Below are positions 17,553-24,286 of a stretch of 64,000 bases of DNA, piece by piece (the first letter of the stretch is position 1; every line of letters begins with the position of its first letter). Under the pieces are notes generated by a model. That model ran no database searches, was not told the DNA's origin, and saw only the letters and a program-made list of their open reading frames with translations. Made by a program: the position numbers and the translations under genes. The stretch lies in the sequence record PZ168832.1, one strand, 5' to 3'. The stretch is from a phage.

Positions 17553-18179
17553 TTAGATAATCTGGAAGGTGTAGGACTTGTTGCCGAACTCGAAGTTCAA
17601 GCGCCCAGCTTCCTTAAGCTTCATGCGGAAGCGAATATGTTTGCTATCCGGTAAGCCCAGCGCGGCGAACGCTACGCGGACCGATTTGAACTCTCCTACA
17701 CCCTCGACCATAACGCCGTTACGGGTAAGACGCTTTTGCGCCACTTCCTTATTATCCCAACTTTTTGCAATGCCTTCGCTATTCGAACGGCGATGGGAAG
17801 GAGTTCCGTTTTGCACTACGCAATTTGCACTATCGTTTAAACCGCTCTTAACGAAGGCTTCATACTCTTCGTCGGTCATCGCGTCGAGTTCTTCCTGCGT
17901 CGGCTCGGCCTTTTTAACGACCGCACGCGCCTTATGCGTTTTTACATCGCTGGACACTTCCTCGCGCGGCTTCGCGTCGGGGATGGGCGATTCGTTGGAC
18001 GGCTCATCGAGCGCGTTTAAGGACTCGATTAACGCGATTACGCGAGTCTCGGCGGTCCGGCGGTCCGAAAACTTCTTAATCGGTTTTGAGCCGGAATTTG
18101 CATTATAGAATGCAACGAGGTCGGCGGTCTTAGTTGCGATAACGTCGCCGCTAGTCGAGAAGCGATTTAAGCTAACCAT
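17553..18179 (-). CDS. hypothetical protein (possible DNA-binding protein of the island)
   Basis: 208 aa with AGGAG SD. Has a protein-like composition, an acidic/Pro-rich linker and a basic C-terminal domain (KRLTRNGV...SVRVAFAALGLPDSKHIRFRMKLK). Confidence 0.6.
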   Translation of the reverse strand: MVSLNRFSTSGDVIATKTADLVAFYNANSGSKPIKKFSDRRTAETRVIALIESLNALDEPSNESPIPDAKPREEVSSDVKTHKARAVVKKAEPTQEELDAMTDEEYEAFVKSGLNDSANCVVQNGTPSHRRSNSEGIAKSWDNKEVAQKRLTRNGVMVEGVGEFKSVRVAFAALGLPDSKHIRFRMKLKEAGRLNFEFGNKSYTFQII

Positions 18180-18259
18180 AATAAACTCCTATTTGTTAGG
18201 GCGCTAGGCGCGAAAGAATTTTATTAAAGCGCCGCGCACGACGCTCTAAAAATCCTCTC

Positions 18260-18544
18260 TTACGCTTCGACGAGGGAGAAGGTTTCAAATTCTTCTTCTC
18301 CCATAACGAGTAAAATATTCCCGATTTCGACCGCTTCGAAGAAGTATCCGTTAACGTTTACTTCGAATGATTCGCGGTCCGATTCCGGTAACGCCGCGTA
18401 AAGTTTAAAAGCCTCGGCGACCGTTACCCCACCCGCTTCAATAGTTTGATCTACGTTCGCGGCGTAGACTTCGGATAAATTTTGTTTTACGCCGTAGTTC
18501 TCGACGATAGCGTTACGGATAGAAGAAACGTTAAGAATAGCCAT
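18260..18544 (-). CDS. acidic small protein, island paralogue A1
   Basis: 94 aa with AGGAG SD. Paralogous to 19176-19466 (EVYAANVDQTIE / SVYLSNVDATIE; VNVNGYFFEAVEIG / VTINGFVYTITEIG). Confidence 0.6.
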   Translation of the reverse strand: MAILNVSSIRNAIVENYGVKQNLSEVYAANVDQTIEAGGVTVAEAFKLYAALPESDRESFEVNVNGYFFEAVEIGNILLVMGEEEFETFSLVEA

Positions 18545-18559
18545 TTTAAACTCCTAGTT

Positions 18560-18596
18560 GGGATAGGCGTTAACGACCTATTCGTTAACTCATCCC
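18560..18596 (-). other. conserved structured 5' leader (copy for A1)
   Basis: On the transcript: outer stem GGGAT/ATCCC and inner stem GTTAACGA/TCGTTAAC with loop ATAGG, just upstream of ACTAGGAG. Confidence 0.5.
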
Positions 18597-18612
18597 GTCC
18601 CGATATGAGTAC

Positions 18613-18640
18613 ATTATAATATAGTGTAGAAAAAAGTAAA
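18613..18640 (-). promoter_or_regulatory. island promoter P-L1
   Basis: TTTACT, 16 nt spacer containing TTTCTACACT, then TATAAT (minus strand). Confidence 0.6.
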
Positions 18641-18684
18641 GCACTTTTTCGATAAAAATGCGATAAATTATTTTATCTTTTTTC

Positions 18685-18712
18685 TTTACTTCTTCGTACA
18701 CTCGCGTATACT
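18685..18712 (+). promoter_or_regulatory. island promoter P-L2
   Basis: TTTACT, 16 nt spacer containing TTCGTACACT, then TATACT. Followed by GTTTATATCGAGACGGG, which is shared with the other copies. Confidence 0.6.
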
Positions 18713-18767
18713 TGTTTATATCGAGACGGGCGATGGCCTTTCTTCTACTAGCATCGGGAGCTTTATT

Positions 18768-19070
18768 ATGACTACTTTGATCTCTTCCATCCTTACTTAC
18801 GACGAAGACCGCTTAACCGTTCGCTCTCTTATCGCCGCCGTTAACGCGGAACTAGAATCTAGCGCCATTAAGGTCCGCGCGGTCGCCTTCATCGGCCTTT
18901 CCTTCGACGATATGAAGTACGCCGAACGTAGCGCCATCCGCTTCACGAAGACCGACGACGAAGCCGTTACCCTTATCGAGACGGTTACGCCGCGCGACGA
19001 AGCGTTAATTATCATCGAGTATATCGATATAGAAGGTGATAAAGCTTATAAATATTTTATCGCAAAATAA
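18768..19070 (+). CDS. acidic small protein, island gene B (possible distant paralogue of A1/A2)
   Basis: 100 aa with GGGAG SD. N-terminus MTTLISSI resembles MITLSAI and MAILNVSSI. Confidence 0.6.
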   Translation: MTTLISSILTYDEDRLTVRSLIAAVNAELESSAIKVRAVAFIGLSFDDMKYAERSAIRFTKTDDEAVTLIETVTPRDEALIIIEYIDIEGDKAYKYFIAK

Positions 19071-19081
19071 CGAAAAATTGC

Positions 19082-19110
19082 TTTACTTATTCGTACACTA
19101 AGACTATAAT
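19082..19110 (+). promoter_or_regulatory. island promoter P-L3
   Basis: TTTACT, 17 nt spacer containing TTCGTACACT, then TATAAT. Confidence 0.6.
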
Positions 19111-19121
19111 GTTTATATCGA

Positions 19122-19154
19122 GAGGGATGAGGAAGCGAATAGGTCGCTACCCTC
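19122..19154 (+). other. conserved structured 5' leader (copy for A2)
   Basis: Outer stem GAGGG/CCCTC and inner stem (A)GCGA/TCGC(T) with the same loop ATAGG, upstream of ACTAGGAG. Confidence 0.5.
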
Positions 19155-19175
19155 CCGACTAACTAGGAGAATATT

Positions 19176-19466
19176 ATGATTACTTTATCCGCTATCCGCG
19201 CCGCTCGCGTCGAAACTTCCGAAAACTCTAATGTATTTGGCGAAACCTTAGAGAGCGTTTATCTCTCTAACGTAGACGCGACTATCGAGTCTATTTATGA
19301 ACCGATCAACTTCCTCGACCTTTACAAGTATCGCGACGAGGACGTAGCATCCTACCGCGTAACGATTAACGGCTTCGTCTATACGATTACCGAAATCGGC
19401 GGCGAATATCTCGCGATCCCGCAACTCGGCGGAGAAGTGACTTATTTTAAAATCGTAAGCCTTTAA
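19176..19466 (+). CDS. acidic small protein, island paralogue A2
   Basis: 96 aa with AGGAG SD. Paralogue of 18260-18544. Confidence 0.6.
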   Translation: MITLSAIRAARVETSENSNVFGETLESVYLSNVDATIESIYEPINFLDLYKYRDEDVASYRVTINGFVYTITEIGGEYLAIPQLGGEVTYFKIVSL

Positions 19467-19477
19467 GGAGAAGAAAA

Positions 19478-19687
19478 ATGACTAATATGAATAACTCTCT
19501 TAACGCGCGCGCCCATCGTACCGCCGTCATCGATATGTTCCGCGAACTTAAGGAATTATGCGATAATATGAACGCGATGTTATCCATCGGCGGCTGGGGA
19601 TACGAAGAAGAGGTTAAATACGCGGTTATGCGTCGTAAGCGCGATAACGTCCTGGGACAAATTAAACGCGCCGGATTATTCCTTTAA
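19478..19687 (+). CDS. hypothetical small protein, island gene C
   Basis: 69 aa with AAGGAG SD. Confidence 0.55.
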   Translation: MTNMNNSLNARAHRTAVIDMFRELKELCDNMNAMLSIGGWGYEEEVKYAVMRRKRDNVLGQIKRAGLFL

Positions 19688-19713
19688 TTATAATTACCCA
19701 CCGTTACTAATAG

Positions 19714-19738
19714 GCCGCGCTTAGTCGCGGCTTTTCTT
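19714..19738 (+). terminator. rho-independent terminator of the rightward island operon
   Basis: GCCGCG-CTTAGT-CGCGGC followed by TTTTCTT. Confidence 0.7.
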
Positions 19739-19857
19739 CGTCCCTATTTCGATGCGCTTCTCCGCGAAAACTCCTTTATCCTTCCCTTCGTCGTCGCATA
19801 ATCTTCTTCGAGATGCTCCTTAGTTCGCATAACAGGTATTACGTTAAATGGAGAACA

Positions 19858-19931
19858 TCGCGTAAGTCCTTGTTTTATATAGACACCTATATCGGACCGT
19901 TAGGGCGGGTCGCGTAAGTCGTTGTTTTATA
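19858..19931 (+). repeat. two 22-bp direct repeats TCGCGTAAGTC(C/G)TTGTTTTATA
   Basis: Copies at 19858-19879 and 19910-19931, 52 bp apart, in non-coding DNA. Confidence 0.8.
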
Positions 19932-20056
19932 AAGGCGCAAAACTTTCCCTTCGTTCCGAACTAAAACGAGGAATATGCCGACCCTTCGTCCGAAAATAGT
20001 ACGCATGCGAAATTACATGCATCTAGAATAATCCCCACCGATATTATCCTACACGC

Positions 20057-20119
20057 AATCATTCGCTTTCGAATCATTATGCTTCATATTGTTATGCGTC
20101 AAATCATTCGCTTTCGAAT
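20057..20119 (+). repeat. two 18-bp direct repeats AATCATTCGCTTTCGAAT
   Basis: Copies at 20057-20074 and 20102-20119. Each contains the dyad ATTCG-CTTT-CGAAT. Confidence 0.8.
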
Positions 20120-20332
20120 TGTAACGCTGGAAACTGTAACGGCTATTGATTATTGCGTTCGTGTGGTTTTTATGGCATGGGTCTTTTGGTGCGTTTTGGT
20201 ACTTGATGGAATTTGCGGTACACTAATCAAAATACGACACATTTGGTCCACTAACTTTTCAAAGAAAAAGTCCCAGACAGTACCGTACTATTTTGTACCC
20301 ACAGTAAATTTGCAGTACACTCCTGCGCGGCA

Positions 20333-20361
20333 GGCAAAATAAAGGGCCGCCACAGCGACCC
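20333..20361 (-). terminator. rho-independent terminator ending the leftward accessory block
   Basis: Minus strand GGGTCGC-TGTG-GCGGCCC (one G-U pair) followed by TTTATTTTG. Confidence 0.6.
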
Positions 20362-20391
20362 ACGATTCACGGTTAAATCAACAAGCACCCA

Positions 20392-20772
20392 CTATTCACT
20401 CTTATGGGCATCACCAAAGCCATCCGCAATCTGGCTGATCAGCGATTCAATGGACACAGTTTTACCAATTGATCGAGCGGTAATAGCAAGCATATTATCA
20501 ATCAAACCATGATTGGATGCATATGATCCAGGTTTTGAATCATCTTCAGAACAACCAAAAAGCTGGTCGCGCAGACTTTCAAGAGAACGCTCAATATTTT
20601 CCAACTTCTCTTCTAAATCGGATTGGCGACGTAAAACCCACGTCAAGTCACGGTTGCCAACTTCCAATCCATCAGAATAGCAAGGTGGAGCGTCAATTTT
20701 GATGCTGGAACCAAAAGCAATGCCGCTGCCTTTAGTATATGTGTGACTCATAGAATCATTTTTATTTGACAT
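20392..20772 (-). CDS. hypothetical protein
   Basis: Internal ATG (MSNKNDSMSH...) with GAAGG SD. ORF-track start is 20838. Confidence 0.55.
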   Translation of the reverse strand: MSNKNDSMSHTYTKGSGIAFGSSIKIDAPPCYSDGLEVGNRDLTWVLRRQSDLEEKLENIERSLESLRDQLFGCSEDDSKPGSYASNHGLIDNMLAITARSIGKTVSIESLISQIADGFGDAHKSE

Positions 20773-20847
20773 ATCGTTACCTTCAATATTTGGGTGATTA
20801 ACAATAAGTATAATAAAGCCGCATAGCGCGGCATTCAAATCGATTTA

Positions 20848-21096
20848 TTAATTGTGACGATTGGATTCATCAATCGATACCAATTGTGCAGGGTCGCCGG
20901 ATACAGTTGCGCCGATGATGCCCATCTGAGAGAAAAATTCTGAATAAACTTCCTTCCAGTACTTACGCGCTGCTTTCTGGGCTTGTCCTTTGCGCTTGAA
21001 GCTTTTGCCTTGAAAGATGAAACGGTCTTTTGGCGCGGAATACTCCACCACACCTTCCAGCCATTGTAAGAATGCTACTGATTCATTTTGATTCAT
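20848..21096 (-). CDS. hypothetical protein
   Basis: 82 aa with TGAGGA SD. Confidence 0.5.
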   Translation of the reverse strand: MNQNESVAFLQWLEGVVEYSAPKDRFIFQGKSFKRKGQAQKAARKYWKEVYSEFFSQMGIIGATVSGDPAQLVSIDESNRHN

Positions 21097-21103
21097 ATAA
21101 TCC

Positions 21104-21505
21104 TCAATATTTTAATAAGAAAGCGCCCAACCAACTTTCCTCAATCTCGCGGCCAGTAGCCACACGGTCGGTCTTTGCTATGGGTCTGGATTCGCCGCAG
21201 GGTAATCCGTCTTGTAGCTGTGTACTATTGCCAATTCTCACCAAAACCTTTCCATCAGGGTCGATATAAGCGCGACAACCCATGATTTCGAGTCGCTGTA
21301 GACACTGGCGAATCGTTTTCAGCTTCTCACCGGACCGGATAGAGCGTGGTCGCGACCGCGACCGCTGACCGTTCTTATTCACTGTACGCTTGAAAACCGG
21401 AATATCATTGGTGCGTTGTGGCTTGGGTCGGTAGTAGGCTTCTTCACCAGGAGTTGCGCCTGGTGTCAGTTCGCGCTTAAGCGCCTTTTCGATATCGATG
21501 ATCAT
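21104..21505 (-). CDS. hypothetical basic protein
   Basis: 133 aa with an Arg/Ser-rich centre (GQRSRSRPRSIRSG). Confidence 0.55.
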   Translation of the reverse strand: MIIDIEKALKRELTPGATPGEEAYYRPKPQRTNDIPVFKRTVNKNGQRSRSRPRSIRSGEKLKTIRQCLQRLEIMGCRAYIDPDGKVLVRIGNSTQLQDGLPCGESRPIAKTDRVATGREIEESWLGAFLLKY

Positions 21506-21508
21506 AAT

Positions 21509-21607
21509 TCATGCCGCAGCAGCATGGATGATTGCGTAAACAATTCCAAACAGGGCGACAACACAAACAGTGCCCCAAAATGCAAAGCGTCGTGACTCTT
21601 TATCCAT
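21509..21607 (-). CDS. hypothetical single-pass membrane peptide (32 aa)
   Basis: Below the ORF cutoff. MDKESRRFAFWGTVCVVALFGIVYAIIHAAAA. Its start overlaps the upstream stop (ATGGATAA). Confidence 0.35.
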   Translation of the reverse strand: MDKESRRFAFWGTVCVVALFGIVYAIIHAAAA

Positions 21608-21809
21608 TGTCCACCGCCCCAATATCAGTTAAGAACTCGTGCAACGCGCCTTTCTTATTGAGTCTTTGCATAGTTTTGATATCATCAAGCGATATACTCT
21701 GATCACTTTGCTGTTTATCTATGCAGACAAGGCCGCCTTTCTTAGCCTTGATTGTCATGCCTTTGGCTTCAATACTTTTTACGAAATCGGACAATAATTT
21801 AATTTCCAT
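21600..21809 (-). CDS. hypothetical protein
   Basis: ATG 21809 follows a GTGAGGTG SD. The ORF track starts at GTG 21821. Confidence 0.5.
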   Translation of the reverse strand: MEIKLLSDFVKSIEAKGMTIKAKKGGLVCIDKQQSDQSISLDDIKTMQRLNKKGALHEFLTDIGAVDNG

Positions 21810-21852
21810 AATACACCTCACTTGTTAACGTATAATGAGTATAACTTAATAG

Positions 21853-21883
21853 CCCATAAAGTAAAGGCGCTTTTCAGCGCCTT
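21853..21883 (-). terminator. hairpin terminator after the tail-fibre gene
   Basis: AAGGCGC-TGAAAA-GCGCCTT followed by TACTTTAT on the minus strand. Confidence 0.5.
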
Positions 21884-21890
21884 GAGTGAA

Positions 21891-24248
21891 TTATTTCGCT
21901 GCTTTCAGCGCGGCTATCTCTGCCTTGAGTTCATCTATCTGATCCATCAATGCAAGAATAGCCTCGTGGTGCAGTGCTGCTGCTACACCTGGTGTGTTGA
22001 CAGATTTTATGTTATCCAACGTCGAACCGTCGCGCAGAGTAACAGGCGATGACTGTGTTTCAGATACTGCTTCAGGAAAGTCTTTCTCTACATCCTGGGC
22101 GATGAAGCCAAAACCGACGGAGCCATTAGTTTCCAGAGTCCATGCCACGCCTCTGATGTTGCGCATCTTGACAAGTGGATCAGTGATCCGCTCAATGTTA
22201 CTTTTAATACGTTCATCAGATATACTCCGCCACTCCTGACACCTTGCTATTCCATCGGAGCCAAAAAGATAAGAGGCCGCGCCGCCTGTCCCGCTGTAAA
22301 CGTTCAATTGCGCGCGGTCCAGCGTGGTCGTGCTACTCCTTATGCCTCCGAGAATCCAGCTTCCACTGTACCAGTCACCGCTGATTGAGTTTACAAAATT
22401 TCCTTCTGGAACGTTGGCATAGTTTTGAATCCTTATGGCGTTGTTTTCTGCAGCAGCAACGCCTACTGAATTAACTGGGGATGCAACAAGGTCTTTAGAC
22501 CGGATATATGCATCAACAACTATTGTCCCATCAGGGCGCAGAGTTCCAATCTGGGATGTGGAATTCGGCAACACCAATTTGCCATCTTGGTTAAATGCCC
22601 ACTCTTGCACCCCATTAGATATCACAGCACCTTGTTCAGACGTCAATCCATCAATTTTGCCGTATGCCTGCAAGAATGCTTGATACGCGATGTTCGTGCC
22701 AATCTTATATTCAGATTTTACACTACCGCCTCTGACAAGCATTCCGGCTGCAGGTTTTACTGCGTCGCCGTTAATCACACTCCAAGAAGTATTCGCGGCA
22801 ACAAATCCACCCGATGCACGAATCACCCAAACGCCAACAAAGTTGCGACCCATGATTTCGTCAGTTGCCGCTCCATAAATCGGGCTTGATCTGGATGCAT
22901 CAATATTTATTGTATTGAGACGCCCCTCTACTGCCCCGCTTCCAACAGGTATGGTGTCGCCAGCGCCTTGGGGGTACAAATCGTTGTTTGTGTAAAAAGC
23001 ACCTCGGACGGCTGTGCCAAAGATTTGCGCATAAGTGCCTGCCGATACACCAGCGGCTGAGCCTGTGATGTTTGGTGCAGCAGATTCAAATATTTGACCG
23101 TTCGCAGTGGAGTTGCCGCCATCACCGCGCCCGTAAAGCGCCCGTACAGAGCCTGTCTGAACACCGTTAAGGTCTGGGACACGGAATGTCGTTGTGCCGT
23201 TACCTGAAGAATATTTTGCACGTTTGAACTTATCCGCAAGCCAGTCGGCATCTGCGATGGGCGAAAGCATTTGCGCATACGCCCAAAGTTCAGGCCAGTC
23301 AGCACGGTTTAGCAATTGCCCGTCTGCAACGACTTCGTATGGCTGAATATATGATCTACTATTGCGAAGATGGAAATCGCCAACACCATAGTTCATGACG
23401 CCGTTCATACTTGGACCAACGGTGCCTGTGTTTACTAAGTTTTCAACCCAACGCTTAGTCGCGGCATCATAATCATTTACAGGGTCGCCAGCGAGCGGCG
23501 TTGATCCTTGTGGACGGATGTTTAGCCACGCCTGAGCATTATCTGCAGAGCCTGTGCCGCCCATTGAAGTTGGAACGATGCTCTGATCAGCAACAGGGCC
23601 GAATCCAAAAGCAGACTTCATCCCTTGGATGGTAGTTTGCCCTGTGCCGCCGTTGGCGACTGGGATGACAGATTTACTGTTGTATAATTGCGCCCATTGA
23701 CTCCAAACCCCATTTACCGCGTTGTAAGTCCTTTGGTATGTAACATTGTTGTAATATGTTGAGTATCTTTGGACGCAACTTTCTATTGATGGTCCAGTTT
23801 TTAGGACTTCAAGGACTCCTGCTTGTGAAACTGGGTAATTAAGAACAGTCTGAGCATCTGCATTGAAGTCTTGGAAATAATTTCCAAACCAAGAGCCTGT
23901 CAGAAAGTTGAGATTTATCCCAGAAGGAAGTTTGCCATAATTTCTTACAACCCCTGTTAAGGTCGCAGCAGTGTTACGAATAGAAAGCATGTCACCAGCA
24001 GACCATGCACGCGCTGCCGTACCTTCTTGTGCGCGCTGCACGGTCAGGACGTCTCCAACCACGGCTGTCACTGTGACAATTTCGAATTGGCGGCCTGTTG
24101 CAGCGTCGACGATTGTCGCCACTACACGCTCGTTCGCGCCCAAGGTCGGAAATCCCGACCCTGAGCGAATTGTGATTGTGGTGTCTGAAGTCGTCGTTGG
24201 TTGAGCCAGCGCGACCTCAAAGTTGTTTTTGAATATTAGCCTTGGCAT
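21891..24248 (-). CDS. tail fibre/tailspike with a C-terminal intramolecular chaperone (peptidase S74-like) domain
   Basis: 785 aa. The C-terminus SDERIKSNIERITDPLVKMRNIRGVAWTLETNGSVGFGFIAQDVEKDFPEAV, followed by a coiled-coil tail, matches the S74 auto-cleaving chaperone pattern seen in endosialidase and T5 L-shaped-fibre proteins. Confidence 0.85.
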   Translation of the reverse strand: MPRLIFKNNFEVALAQPTTTSDTTITIRSGSGFPTLGANERVVATIVDAATGRQFEIVTVTAVVGDVLTVQRAQEGTAARAWSAGDMLSIRNTAATLTGVVRNYGKLPSGINLNFLTGSWFGNYFQDFNADAQTVLNYPVSQAGVLEVLKTGPSIESCVQRYSTYYNNVTYQRTYNAVNGVWSQWAQLYNSKSVIPVANGGTGQTTIQGMKSAFGFGPVADQSIVPTSMGGTGSADNAQAWLNIRPQGSTPLAGDPVNDYDAATKRWVENLVNTGTVGPSMNGVMNYGVGDFHLRNSRSYIQPYEVVADGQLLNRADWPELWAYAQMLSPIADADWLADKFKRAKYSSGNGTTTFRVPDLNGVQTGSVRALYGRGDGGNSTANGQIFESAAPNITGSAAGVSAGTYAQIFGTAVRGAFYTNNDLYPQGAGDTIPVGSGAVEGRLNTINIDASRSSPIYGAATDEIMGRNFVGVWVIRASGGFVAANTSWSVINGDAVKPAAGMLVRGGSVKSEYKIGTNIAYQAFLQAYGKIDGLTSEQGAVISNGVQEWAFNQDGKLVLPNSTSQIGTLRPDGTIVVDAYIRSKDLVASPVNSVGVAAAENNAIRIQNYANVPEGNFVNSISGDWYSGSWILGGIRSSTTTLDRAQLNVYSGTGGAASYLFGSDGIARCQEWRSISDERIKSNIERITDPLVKMRNIRGVAWTLETNGSVGFGFIAQDVEKDFPEAVSETQSSPVTLRDGSTLDNIKSVNTPGVAAALHHEAILALMDQIDELKAEIAALKAAK

Positions 24249-24286
24249 TTTACGGTCCTCGTTTTGTCGACAACCGTATTATAACC

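Larger units (their letters stand above)
16626..18106 (+). repeat. one-directional array of the 12-mer AATTTGCACTAT (10 copies)
   Basis: Starts at 16626, 16641, 17127, 17308, 17379, 17424, 17511, 17808, 17822 and 18095, all on the plus strand. See findings. Confidence 0.85.

Noticed and set aside
16626-18106. Reading the 12-mer as a bona fide T7/SP6-class single-subunit RNA polymerase promoter.
   Set aside because: Only about 12 bp are conserved, against about 20 bp in such promoters. No phage RNA polymerase gene lies in this window, and most copies would fire antisense into real genes. It is retained only as a low-probability alternative in the finding.
17578-18108. 176-aa plus-strand ORF, co-oriented with the 12-mer array.
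   Set aside because: It is Ser/Arg/Leu/Pro-rich antisense-type sequence. The opposite-strand 208-aa ORF has an AGGAG SD and protein-like composition.
20079-20342. 87-aa plus-strand ORF in the repeat-rich tail of the island.
   Set aside because: It has no SD, spans direct repeats, and is hydrophobic or aromatic junk. It is kept only as a formal possibility in the finding.
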